Positions 12,578 through 23,572 of a stretch of 64,000 nt of DNA are shown in pieces. Every line of letters starts with the position of its first letter. The first letter of the stretch is position 1. The translations under genes were made by a program, and so were the position numbers. The stretch is from assembly GCF_026210795.1 (NCBI RefSeq), contig NC_089429.1:682001-746000 (forward strand). Reading direction: 5' to 3'. The notes beneath the pieces are model-generated. The model did no database searches. It worked only from the letters and a program-made list of their open reading frames with translations, and was not told the origin of the DNA. The stretch is from Rhizophagus irregularis (taxonomy: Eukaryota).

Positions 12578-13609
12578 TTATTTTTTTTATAATATCTTTT
12601 GGACAGACTATATTTGTAATATTACATAATATATTTTGATTATCATAATAAAGTATTTCTTTTTTAACAAATGATTATTGTTTCTTTGTAAATTTGAATC
12701 ATTGTCATAATCGTAAATAGTTTCACTCATTTTCGAGTTAGTAACTTAAAGAACAACGGCAAACTGGGAAACGTGTATACCTTTTTTCGTCACCGAAATA
12801 ATTCTTTTTTCCTGGCGGGCTTCCAGATCAGGTGACATGGACGTCTGTGGAACGATACCATCCGTTTTTACTTACCATAACAAGTCTCAACCTAAAATAG
12901 AACGAACACCAATTAATTTTTGTATCTCAATAGCACGAAATTCGTACAACTTATACCCCCTATAACGTGATCTATGATCGCCACACTTTCACAACAATTA
13001 CACAATACTACGTTACTGGTTACAAAACAACTCCACACTTTAAAAGTATACACTATAACTTTATTTACATATAGTATGTATAGTATGAACTTATGATATC
13101 TTATGATGAAAGAAAAATATTATAGATTCGATTTATTTTTAATCATTTATTTAGTTGACATCTTTTGTATTATCTATATCCGTAGTATAGATAAGCTTTC
13201 TTCATATTTTGTTTTTCTTATTTTCTAATACAGTATATGATTTTATTGTATATAATTTCTTATAGACTGTACTGAAGCTGGTTCTTTTCGAGAAATAAAA
13301 TAAAAAATAAATGAAAATAAAATAATATTGCCCATTTTTTTTATGTATATATGAAACTAACATAAATATCGAATTTCTGGTCAATTCTTAATTGCAGTAA
13401 AATAAAAATTAATTTATATTACAAATGATTTTAAGGATGCTCATGATGCCATACGGCCATACGTATTACAGTCATATTTGAATTTCTTTTTTAAATCGTA
13501 CGTTGAGGATGTTCAAACAGCGTGACACAAAACACAGGTTCATAATACTGGTAATAAATACTAATATATTAAATATTATAATCAGTCAATTGTAATAATC
13601 TATTTATTA

Positions 13610-14070
13610 AGAGCCCAAGGACTTTATTCCATCTTAAAAAGACTGATGAGAGAGTTTAAGCTAAGTAATAATATCGATATTTACAATAAAATATATATTT
13701 ACTTGAACTGCGGTAACAAGATGAGCTTTATATTTCGGTGGAACATTCAGAAAGACCAATATGTTTAACTTTTCTTTAACACGTTCAGCTAATGCACCAA
13801 CAACAGCAGTATCTTCAATGGTCTGCAAAATGCAAATGCAGTATATGCATTGTATATTAAAAACGAATGGTTCATCTATTTTTCATTTTTTTTTAATAAG
13901 ATTAAATAATCTCTTACATATTGTGAGTCATACGATGTTGACAATAAAGATCGATACAATCCACTTCCAATCTTTTTAAAGAATCTTTGTGATATTGACG
14001 AACATATTTAGGTTTACTTGGGAAATTAATTTCGCCATTTGGTCCATGAAAGTTAGCAACCTTTGTTACT
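13610..14070 (-). pseudogene. Aldo-keto reductase pseudogene fragment
   Basis: Minus-strand translations PKYVRQYHKDSLKRLEVDCIDLYCQHR, TIEDTAVVGALAERVKEKVKHIGLSECS and ME*SPWAL match AKR motifs (SLKRL..D.IDLY..HR, GKV..IGLSE, EYSPW), with stop codons. Confidence 0.8.
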
Positions 14071-15149
14071 AATGAGTTAGTGAAAAAGGATATCTTAAAA
14101 AAAAAAAAAGTGCACTTTTTAAATTAAAATGAAATCTTGAATTTATTGGAGTTTAAATACGAACAATAGCATCCAAAGCATGCATCATATATTCCTACGT
14201 GATTCGACACATTAATATTCTCCTGTTCAGTTGAGCAAGTTGGGCCGTAAGAAGTTTTCTAATAAAATAAATAATTTTAAATTACATGATGAGTTAGTAG
14301 CTCATTTATTATTATTACAATAGATAATTGCTGATACCCAAAATTTTCAGAACGTTTACGCAATGTGTTTTCAATTATAAATTCGGTATTGATTTAAAAT
14401 TTGAATTTTGCGGATAACGTAAAGAAACTTTATTCAATAAACTGCGACTTGCAATATTATCATGATTCTTAAAAAAAAATACTTGATATTTCTAAGAGAT
14501 CAAAATATTTACTTTAATATTACTTCCAAGGTTAATTATTTTACCATTCGAAAATTTGTGGCGAAAATAATTAGCATCGAACGAATGTATCATATCGAAC
14601 AAATTATATATTTTTTCTATTTTGGTATCCGGACTATACCAATTCCAATAAAATTTTGCTTAAATATTCATTGTTAGGTTCCATATTTTTCGGAGATAAA
14701 GTTCATACTTGTGTATGTATTTTCGTTTAACTAAGCTTGGATTAATTTCATAATAAATTTTTTTTTTATCATTTAGTTATGTGTAACAGGGGTTCAATAA
14801 TTCAAGACAATAATATTACACTTAAGGTGGTTCGGACATAATGTTGTACTTAAATAAATTAATTGAATAAACCATTTTGAAAATGGTTTAATACTTTTGA
14901 TGAATTATGATCATTTTCAGATATCATCCAAATTATTTATTAAAAATTATGATTTACGTAATAATTGAATGAAAAATTCATAATCTTTCATTTTAAATAA
15001 TTTATAATTATCTTTATTTTAATAATTTAATAGTCCTATAAAAAAATAAAAAATCCGAATTATTTAAATTACAAACTAATAATCTTCTTAATACTCTAAT
15101 CTTAGTGTTTAAATAATTCAACATAAGATAAATAATAAAATGAAATTGT

Positions 15150-15322
15150 TTTAAATTAAGAGTAAATTTATTCATCGCACGTGCGATGCATCGCCACTTT
15201 CCTTTTTTGTAAATTATTTATGTTGATCAACCTGCTTATACATCGCCACCCCCTTAAAATGGCAATGATAAACATAAAAATTTGCATCGCACGTGCGATA
15301 AATAAATTATTTCTTAAATTAA
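15150..15322. mobile_element. Small palindromic MITE-like element abutting the LTR insertion site
   Basis: Inverted arms AATTTATT.ATCGCACGTGCGATGCA / TGCATCGCACGTGCGATAAATAAATT. Confidence 0.55.
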
Positions 15323-15326
15323 TTAG

Positions 15327-15937
15327 TGTAATGCCGTAGTATACCTAGTAAATTTATTAATTGTGGGGCGCAGTATTACATTTAGTCTTAGTGTATAAAA
15401 TTTTAACTTATTTTTATTTTTATTTTAATTGGACCGAGAAGTCGTTAAACTAATAATCACATGGATTAAGGTAGTTGGTCCGTGATGACCTTAAACTATT
15501 AGTTACGAGATTTAAGGATAAATGAAGATCCGAAAGATACTAAATTGAATGAAATCAAGTGATCTGAGGTGTCAAGTGATTAATTTGTTGATCACTACGT
15601 TAATATTATAAATCACAATTCAGGAGTTCATGATGATCAAATGGATACAAAATTAAGATAATGGAAATACTTTAAAACAATGGAAATACTTTAATAATCT
15701 AAATCCATGAATTGAAATTATGAATTTATTTATACAAAAACAAACATAAAAGGGCGTGAAGATCACCTTTTGGAAAAGGAGAGAAAAATTGAACGAATTT
15801 TGTTATGAATTATTTATTTTATTATTTAATGTTATTAAACCAAGCATATTATTGTATTTATTTATATTATTAATAAAGAGTCATTTTGTTAATACCTGAG
15901 GTGGCAAACATAATTCTCTATGGGCTCAGGTGTTACA
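15327..15937 (+). repeat. 5' LTR
   Basis: TGTAATGCC...GGTGTTACA; no differences from 25681-26291 noticed on read-through. Confidence 0.97.
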
Positions 15938-15939
15938 AG

Positions 15940-15957
15940 TGGTGCATGCTCCGAGAA
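15940..15957 (+). promoter_or_regulatory. Primer binding site, complementary to the 3' 18 nt of a tRNA (Gly-type acceptor)
   Basis: TGGTGCATGCTCCGAGAA, 2 nt after the LTR. Reverse complement TTCTCGG-AGCATGC-A-CCA corresponds to tRNA positions 59-76. Confidence 0.9.
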
Positions 15958-16530
15958 AGGAAAAGTGATCATCCTCACATGATCACTACAGGTTACGAGT
16001 ACAGGATCTCCGAGAAAGGAAAATGATCATCTCCATATGATCATTAGAAGTTACAAATAAAGGATCGACGAAGTTAAGGAATTATAAAATTAAAAGTTCT
16101 AAGTCTTGGTTAAAAAAAGAATTTAAGGTGTATTAATGACAAATTTTAATAAAATAAAGTCAAATATTTTAAAGGATACGTAAAAATAATGGTTACCAAT
16201 GTAAAAAGTATTAATTTGGGTAAGTATGACCATAAATGTATGAAGAAATAATGTTAAAAATTAAATTTTTGATCTAACTTGACCACCGGCTGATAAGTCA
16301 ATGAAAAATTATTATTATAATAATTTTCATACATATGAACCAAATATGTATGGTAGTAATTGATTATCAAGGGAAATGCGAGGCTAATCAAGTTAGAAGG
16401 GGTTTTAATAGAATATTGTAAATAAGTTCCATGAATTAAGGATTAAAAATAATTTTTATAAATAATTGAGGTTAAGTTAAGGATAAAAAGTGTACCCAAA
16501 AGCCGACACTATAAATACGATGGTGGGTAA

Positions 16531-16865
16531 TTCTGTGTGAACTCAATTGAGGTTTTCTGTGTGATCAATTGAGAATAGTTCTGTGTGAGCTTTTTCTGTG
16601 TGAACTCAATTGAGGTTTTCTGTGTGATCAATTGAGAATAGTTCTGTGTGAGCTTTTTCTGTGTGAACTCAATTGAGGTTTTCTGTGTGATCAATTGAGA
16701 ATAGTTCTGTGTGAGCTTTTTCTGTGTGAACTCAATTGAGGTTTTCTGTGTGATCAATTGAGAATAGTTCTGTGTGAGCTTTTTCTGTGTGAACTCAATT
16801 GAGGTATTCTGTGTGATCAATTGAGAATAGTTCTGTGTGAACTTTCAAAAACAATTCTGTGTGAG
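16531..16865 (+). repeat. 63-bp tandem repeat (~5 copies) in the retrotransposon 5' leader
   Basis: Units start at 16531, 16594, 16657, 16720 and 16783; each holds three TTCTGTGTGA motifs. Confidence 0.95.
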
Positions 16866-17256
16866 GGTACCCAAGAAAAATCATGATTAAAAAAATTTTT
16901 TTTAAAAATAATATTTGCTGGACAAATATGAGAAAATTACAGGAAAGAGATAAATCAAATATGGAAACACATCCCAACCTTGGGTTGGAAAATTTTATGG
17001 AATATAAATTTATTTGTACAAACCTGTAAACTACCATACTCAGTAATGAACAAATGAGGTAAAGGCAAGCCCAGTATAGGTCAAATAAAATATAAAAGAA
17101 GGATAAAAATAATAAAAATAGGAAGATTGACAAAAATCACATGACCAAGGAAAAATATAAATATAGGAGGGAGATTTGGATCTCCCACTTATTATTTCAA
17201 AATATAACAAAATAACGATAATAATAAAATAATAATAATTATAACAAGAAATTAAA

Positions 17257-17583
17257 ATGATTGTACATAAAATCAATTTAACTGAAGAAGAATTGGGAAA
17301 ATACTTACGAGGTGAAGAACAGATTAAAATAGAAATACATGATAAAAATGAGGTCATAATTGAAAAGAAAATCCTAGCTAAAAAGACAACTAATAATGGA
17401 GGGAAAAGAAAAAGTTGTGGAGTCTGTGAAGAAAATGCTGAGATAAAGAAAAGGAAAAAAGAAGATAAAGTGGAAAAATTTATCAAAGAAGTGAGCACAC
17501 CAATTAAAGGAAATAAGAGAATGACGTTAGAAAGTCAATTCACTGGAATTGACAATCAGAATGAGGAAACATGTAAATATTAA
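17257..17583 (+). CDS. Accessory ORF0 of the retrotransposon (108 aa, one CxxC, basic cluster)
   Basis: ATG-initiated ORF with the same A-rich codon style as gag; KSCGVCEE; KKRKK. Confidence 0.5.
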   Translation: MIVHKINLTEEELGKYLRGEEQIKIEIHDKNEVIIEKKILAKKTTNNGGKRKSCGVCEENAEIKKRKKEDKVEKFIKEVSTPIKGNKRMTLESQFTGIDNQNEETCKY

Positions 17584-17693
17584 AGGATAAAATATAAATA
17601 AAGGTTATCGTCTTAAAAGTAGAAATTAAAAAGTGATCAAAATAAAATAAAAAAAAAAAAAAAAAAAAAAACCGTAAATAAAATTTTATTAAA

Positions 17694-20600
17694 ATGGAAT
17701 GGTACCATGTTTGGAACGCTGAATATATAAACCATAAACAAGAACATGACCTAGGAGTGATAGAACCAGAGGAATGTTTAGCATGTGAAATATGTAACCC
17801 AATAGAAAGAGAAGTATCAGCGGCATTCAAGAAATTTTGGGATGCTTTATTTAAATTCGAGGATACAATACTAATGTACAATAATGTAACACATAAAGAA
17901 TTATTGAATTTATTAAGTATGGACAATAGAGAAAGGGAGGATACAATACATAAAGGAAAATGTAGGAATATAGTAGATAGAATAATTGAATCAATAAGGT
18001 ACAGACAACAACCAAAAATGAAGGAAAAAGGATTGAGAATAATAATTGTAGTAATTGTAAGGGATTGTATTGAAGGAAACTTGGAAAATGAAGTATTTGA
18101 TCGATTAATAGGATGTCCAGAAATAATGAAACATGGATACATTTTAGAAGATTGGGATGTTGAAAATAGATTTCAAAAATTTTGGGATTGGTATAACACG
18201 ATATTGGAAAATGAAATGAAAGCAATACATGTTAAGAAGTTAGCAATGAAGTTATTCAGGGATCTATTATATGAAGAAACAGAAGATCTGTTGAGGAAAG
18301 AAGAGGTAATTGAATTATTACTCCAGATAGAATATCAGAATAGATGTGAGACAGACATGCAAGAAGGAGGTGATGCATGGATAAGATATGTATCGAAAGT
18401 AAGACAAAGATTTATTGATACCAAACAATTTACAAGGGAACCTGAGGACCCAGAAAGTGCTAGTCCTGAAAGTTATGAATTAGAGGACAGTGATGGTAGT
18501 ATACATTATGAAATAAAAATAGAGGATAATGTTGAATGGACAGTGGAATCATTAAAAAGAAAAATTGAAGAAATGGGTGGAAGGTTCACTGACAAAGATA
18601 TACAAAGAATGTGGGACCTAAGGATAAGGATAGAATTGATATTAACAGAGGACTTTTTAGGTACATTTTTCGAATTAATGGGACTAAGTGATAAAAAATT
18701 AAAAGATGAAATAAATGAATGGTTAACAAAAGAAACATTAATATGTGGAAATTGTAGGAATAGAAAGTTACCTGATATGATAGCAGACATTGGACAATGT
18801 AAAAATTGTGAACAAGAAGAATTATTAAAATTAAAGGATGACTTAGAAAAACTAGGATACGAATTAAATGTGTCAGAAATAGAGAGAATAAGAAAATTCA
18901 GGATAAGCAATAGTATGATATTAACAACGGAATTTATGGAAAAATATTTCCAGGAAATGGATACGAATGACAAAGAATTAAGGATAAAATTATATGAATG
19001 GATAAATGAAAATACCACATTTTGTAATGAATGTGGAATAAGATGGATGAACAATAAATTTGACGAAGGAAAAACCAAGTGTAGGGATTGTGAGAATAAC
19101 GAAAATGAAATTGATATCAGGGTCAAAAGATTAAAACAAATATGTGATGATAATAAAATAGAAATAACTAATGGAGAGTTATTGAGGTTAATCAGTATGG
19201 GATACTCTGATGGAGAAATACTGGATCAAGAATTTATTGAAATATTCCAAGGAAATAAAAATGAATTGGAGAAAAATTTAAGGCGGATATTAGATAAATT
19301 TCTAAAACAGCAAGCTGGAACTGAAGATAGTGAAAGTAGTGGAAATGAATCTGATAACGAAAAATCTGATGGATCTGAAAAAGAATCAGATGGATCTGAA
19401 AAAAATGGAGAAATTTTAAATCCAAATGATACCGATAGCAATGAAAATTTTGAAGAACCTTATGAAGAAAACATTATAAATAGACCTGGTTTTGACTCAA
19501 GTGAAAGTTCAGAATCAAATTCTGAAAATAAAAGCGAAATATCTGATAATAATATAGAAAATTTATTTGAAACACCTTTAACACCACCGATACCACCAAT
19601 CCCACCAATAGTACCAATAATTATGGGAGCAACAAGAGCTGAAGTAAGGGAAGATGTTAGAGCGGCTTTACTAGCAACAACAGGACATGATATAGGAGGT
19701 AATTGGGCTGGATTAATCGCAGCCAACCCATTAGCAAATGCAATTGAGGATGCAGGAAATGTAGCTGGAGGAATAATTAGTTTGCCACACTTTTATGGAA
19801 AAGAAGAAGAAGACATAAACGATTGGGTAAGACAATTTGAAACAGCATTTACTGCTATAGGAAAAGCAGCAGGAGTAAATGGAACTAGACAAGCAGCAAT
19901 GGCAGCTACCTGTTTGAAAGGTGCAGCAGCACAATGGTATAATGAAAAGAAGGAAGCAAATAATGGACATTTAGTAAATTGGGCAGACAATAATGATGAT
20001 AATGATTTGAAACATAGAGTTAAACAAAGATTTACCAGAGAGGATGTTAGAAAAAGGAAAATGTTAGAATTAAGGAAAATAACACAAGGAGTAAATGAAA
20101 ATGTTGAAGCATATACGACAAGGTTCAGACAAATATTAAGGATAGCAACTAGAGGCCATGCATTAGATGATGAACTACAAGTAGACAATTATATTGAAGG
20201 ATTAACACCAATATTGGGATATCAAGTCAGAAGACAAAACCCAGCAAATTTAAATGATGCAGTGAATACAGCAAGAAGAGAGGAGGAAGCTACTAATGAA
20301 TTAATAAGAAGAACAAATGTTGTACCAATTAATACCCAAAGAAAAGGAATCGATATACAAGATGACAAGCCAAAGAATATATTTGAAAAACCATTGGAGA
20401 AAAATTATGAGGATGACCTTGCCGACATGTTTAAAAAATTAGAGGTAAAATTAGTAAATCAACTCGGAGGGCAAAAGAGACCACCAAACAATAATAATAG
20501 ACAAGGACCACCACCTCGAGCATGTTATAATTGTAAACAACCAGGACATTATGCAAATGAATGTAGGGTAAATAATGGTCAAAGAAACTATGGAAGACCA

Positions 20601-21281
20601 AATAATCAAAATTATAATAGAAGATCAAATAACTATAATGGAAGACCAAATAACTATAACAGACCACCAAACCACCAAAACAATAATCGAGGATTCAATG
20701 TAGTGGAATATGATAATTATAATGACCAATATGACCAATATGATTATGATAGTCAGGATTATCAGGATAATTATGATCAAGGATATAGTTATGACGACCC
20801 GTATTATCAAGATAATGATGTAACATTTAACCATGTTGATCAAGATTTTTATATTGGTGAAAGACAAACGAGAAGTAACATAAAAAATAGGTCAAGTAAT
20901 CGAGATATAGATATGGAAATTGACCAAGAACAAACACGAAGAAGGAATAATAAATATGCAAGCCAAGAGGAAAGGGCAGCAGCATTACCAAAAAAAGGAT
21001 TCACTGATGAAAGTCTGAGGAAAGCACAAGAAGCAAGGAGAAATAATAATACATGTGGAAATTGTGGACAAAGAGGTCACTATGCAAAACAATGTAAAAA
21101 TGAACGTGTTGAAGGTATCCATAGGACAAGCGCATTTCAGAGGAACACACCAGAATATAACGTATTAGAGGATATGAAAAATACCAGAGCAAATGCAACC
21201 TTTTCACAAATTATAAACATAAGTCCAGAGCAAAGAAAAATATATCATGAAGGAATGAGAAGGTATCCACAAACAGATTGA
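17694..21281 (+). CDS. gag: Gag with ~640-aa N-terminal extension
   Basis: Capsid-like region (FYGKEEEDINDWVRQFE, LKGAAAQWY, QGVNENVEAYTTRF) and two CCHC knuckles (CYNCKQPGHYANEC, CGNCGQRGHYAKQC). Confidence 0.92.
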   Translation: MEWYHVWNAEYINHKQEHDLGVIEPEECLACEICNPIEREVSAAFKKFWDALFKFEDTILMYNNVTHKELLNLLSMDNREREDTIHKGKCRNIVDRIIESIRYRQQPKMKEKGLRIIIVVIVRDCIEGNLENEVFDRLIGCPEIMKHGYILEDWDVENRFQKFWDWYNTILENEMKAIHVKKLAMKLFRDLLYEETEDLLRKEEVIELLLQIEYQNRCETDMQEGGDAWIRYVSKVRQRFIDTKQFTREPEDPESASPESYELEDSDGSIHYEIKIEDNVEWTVESLKRKIEEMGGRFTDKDIQRMWDLRIRIELILTEDFLGTFFELMGLSDKKLKDEINEWLTKETLICGNCRNRKLPDMIADIGQCKNCEQEELLKLKDDLEKLGYELNVSEIERIRKFRISNSMILTTEFMEKYFQEMDTNDKELRIKLYEWINENTTFCNECGIRWMNNKFDEGKTKCRDCENNENEIDIRVKRLKQICDDNKIEITNGELLRLISMGYSDGEILDQEFIEIFQGNKNELEKNLRRILDKFLKQQAGTEDSESSGNESDNEKSDGSEKESDGSEKNGEILNPNDTDSNENFEEPYEENIINRPGFDSSESSESNSENKSEISDNNIENLFETPLTPPIPPIPPIVPIIMGATRAEVREDVRAALLATTGHDIGGNWAGLIAANPLANAIEDAGNVAGGIISLPHFYGKEEEDINDWVRQFETAFTAIGKAAGVNGTRQAAMAATCLKGAAAQWYNEKKEANNGHLVNWADNNDDNDLKHRVKQRFTREDVRKRKMLELRKITQGVNENVEAYTTRFRQILRIATRGHALDDELQVDNYIEGLTPILGYQVRRQNPANLNDAVNTARREEEATNELIRRTNVVPINTQRKGIDIQDDKPKNIFEKPLEKNYEDDLADMFKKLEVKLVNQLGGQKRPPNNNNRQGPPPRACYNCKQPGHYANECRVNNGQRNYGRPNNQNYNRRSNNYNGRPNNYNRPPNHQNNNRGFNVVEYDNYNDQYDQYDYDSQDYQDNYDQGYSYDDPYYQDNDVTFNHVDQDFYIGERQTRSNIKNRSSNRDIDMEIDQEQTRRRNNKYASQEERAAALPKKGFTDESLRKAQEARRNNNTCGNCGQRGHYAKQCKNERVEGIHRTSAFQRNTPEYNVLEDMKNTRANATFSQIINISPEQRKIYHEGMRRYPQTD

Positions 21282-21293
21282 CTACAAGAATCA

Positions 21294-21821
21294 ATGAACA
21301 ACATTGAAGCAGAACACTTAACTGCATTAAGGGGTAAATTAATAATAAACCAAGAATTAAAGGACGTAATGTTTGATACAGGAGCAGCAGTAAATGTAAT
21401 AACTAGTCAGATAATGGATGAAATGGACCTAAAAATTGAGGAACCAAGTACAGTAAGATGTGTGATGATAAATGAGGATAAATTAGCATCTAGGGGTACT
21501 ACGACAATATACATACAATTTGGGGATAAGGAAATACCCATTAAGGTTGAAGTAATTGATTCAGGAAAAAACGAAATTGTGTTAGGAAATGGAGTATTAG
21601 ATATGTTCAAAGCAAATATAGATTACACAGATAAAACAATAATAATTAGAATGAATGACGAAACTATGGATATACCAGTAAAATACACACAAAGGACCAT
21701 TAAAGGGTTTGAAGAAACATTTGATGAAGAGGAAATATTAGAAGAATTATACCAGGATGAATTGTATAACATATATGAAGATGACCATGAAGGTCAGGAA
21801 GATGAAAATTTTAAAGTATAA
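21294..21821 (+). CDS. Retropepsin-type aspartic protease
   Basis: VMFDTGAAVNVI catalytic motif and IVLGN motif; in frame with gag after TGA. Confidence 0.9.
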   Translation: MNNIEAEHLTALRGKLIINQELKDVMFDTGAAVNVITSQIMDEMDLKIEEPSTVRCVMINEDKLASRGTTTIYIQFGDKEIPIKVEVIDSGKNEIVLGNGVLDMFKANIDYTDKTIIIRMNDETMDIPVKYTQRTIKGFEETFDEEEILEELYQDELYNIYEDDHEGQEDENFKV

Positions 21822-23296
21822 GTCTTGGTCAGAATGATACTGAAGAGACGATAAAGAAGCACAAAAGTGACCATGAAAAATTTACTGAAAAATTTAAAGT
21901 AGGGGACATAACCAATGAACAAAAAGGTAAATTAAAGGTATTAGTAGAAAAATATAAGGATATATTTGAGTACGATGGTGAAAAATATAATAGGTCAAAC
22001 CTAGTAAAACATGAAATCAGATTAAAAAGGGGTACTGAACCAATAGCCCAAAAGAGGTACAAAGAAAATGATGAAAAAGGTAAATTCATCAGAAAAGAGG
22101 TTGAAGAAATGTTAAAAATGGGAAAAATTAGAGAATCTAGAAGTCCATGGTCTTCACCAGTGACTTTAGCAGGGAAAAAGTCAGGAAATTATAGATTTTG
22201 CATCGACTATAGAAAATTAAATAAAGTTACAATAACAGATGCATATCCATTACCGAGGATTGATGAACAATTAGAAAGGATAAGTTCAGGAAAATGGTTT
22301 ACCAGTCTAGATTTAGCATCAGGGTTTAATCAGATAGAAATGGCTGAGGAAGATATTGAGAAAACAGCATTCATATGCTCAGCAGGATTATATGAATATA
22401 ATGTCATGCCATTTGGGTTAACAAATGCGCCTGCAAGTTTTCAAAGGTTAATGGATAAAGTATTAAAGGAGTACCTAAATGAATTTGTGATAGTATACAT
22501 TGATGATATAATGATATATTCAGAAAATTTTGAAGACCACCTAAAACACATAAAGTTAGTGTTAGAAAAATTAAAGGAAGCCAGTTTAATACTAAAGTTA
22601 AAGAAATGTATATTTGGAAAAACAGAAATAGAATTTTTAGGACATGTAGTTGGTAAAAATGGATTAAAACCAAGTCCAGGAAAGGTTGAAAAGATACAAA
22701 AATTAACAGCACCTATAAATATAAAAGGTGTAAGGTCAATATTGGGGTTATGTACATATTATAGAAAATTTATTAAAGATTTTTCAAAAATAGTAAAACC
22801 AATAACATCTTTATTGAGAAAAGATGAAAAGTTTGAATGGGGCATCAAACAACATGAAGCATTAGAAATATTAAAAAGGAAATTAACCGAAGAACCGGTG
22901 TTAAGACAACCAGATTGGTTAAGGAAATTTATATTAATTACAGATGCTTCAGGAATAGGATTAGGGGCAGTGCTAGCTCAAAAAGATGATAAAGGTCAAG
23001 AATATGTAATAGAATATGCCAGTAAAAGTTTAAACAGGACAGAACAAAGATGGCCAATAACCGAACAAGAATGTTATGCAATTGTATGGGGAATACAACA
23101 TTTCCATAAATACTTGATCAATAGAAAATTTGAGGTAGTAACAGACCATGCAGCTTTGAAGGGATTAATGACTGCAAAAGTACCAAAAGGAAAGAGATCA
23201 AGATGGGTCATGGAATTGGAACAGTATGATTTTGAAATAACCCATAGACCAGGAAAAGAAAATAAAAACGCAGATGCCTTATCAAGAATAATATAA
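21815..23296 (+). CDS. pol: Reverse transcriptase-RNase H (frame open from 21815; first ATG at 22109)
   Basis: SPWSSPV, RFCIDYRKLN, LDLASGF.Q, MPFGLTNAPASFQR, YIDD; RNase H TDASGIGLG, E.E.YAI, TDH, NADALSR. Confidence 0.95.
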   Translation, partial: SISLGQNDTEETIKKHKSDHEKFTEKFKVGDITNEQKGKLKVLVEKYKDIFEYDGEKYNRSNLVKHEIRLKRGTEPIAQKRYKENDEKGKFIRKEVEEMLKMGKIRESRSPWSSPVTLAGKKSGNYRFCIDYRKLNKVTITDAYPLPRIDEQLERISSGKWFTSLDLASGFNQIEMAEEDIEKTAFICSAGLYEYNVMPFGLTNAPASFQRLMDKVLKEYLNEFVIVYIDDIMIYSENFEDHLKHIKLVLEKLKEASLILKLKKCIFGKTEIEFLGHVVGKNGLKPSPGKVEKIQKLTAPINIKGVRSILGLCTYYRKFIKDFSKIVKPITSLLRKDEKFEWGIKQHEALEILKRKLTEEPVLRQPDWLRKFILITDASGIGLGAVLAQKDDKGQEYVIEYASKSLNRTEQRWPITEQECYAIVWGIQHFHKYLINRKFEVVTDHAALKGLMTAKVPKGKRSRWVMELEQYDFEITHRPGKENKNADALSRII

Positions 23297-23332
23297 ATAG
23301 ATGGGTAAAAGAGTTACTTTTCAAAAATAAAA

Positions 23333-23572
23333 ATGGAACAAGTGGTAAGAAATACAAATCATAAAATAAAGGATATAATCGAAAATTTAGAAGGTATAAC
23401 AAAGGAATTAAACAGGATAAATTATAACTATAAATTCAAAGCCAAAAATTTTGAAGATAGTGAAGAAAGACCATTAATATTGGAAACTCAAGAGGAAATA
23501 TTACAAATAGAGGTGATATTAAGTAAAGTAAACAAGCTAAAATTATCAGAATTATGTAAAAATGGGACCTAA
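23333..23572 (+). CDS. Small accessory ORF (79 aa, predicted helical/coiled-coil) between RNase H and integrase
   Basis: ATG ORF filling the gap; its stop overlaps the next ATG by 11 nt; heptad-like I/L pattern. Confidence 0.5.
   Translation: MEQVVRNTNHKIKDIIENLEGITKELNRINYNYKFKAKNFEDSEERPLILETQEEILQIEVILSKVNKLKLSELCKNGT

Noticed and set aside
16531..16865. Regular repeat that could suggest a CRISPR array or a repeat protein (ORF 16509-16820)
   Set aside because: Units are identical head-to-tail with no unique spacers, the context is eukaryotic with no cas genes, and the ORF is a by-product of the 63-bp period
21806..21812. Canonical -1 frameshift at A-AAU-UUU joining protease to RT
   Set aside because: The -1 frame has TAA at 21812-21814, immediately after the slip
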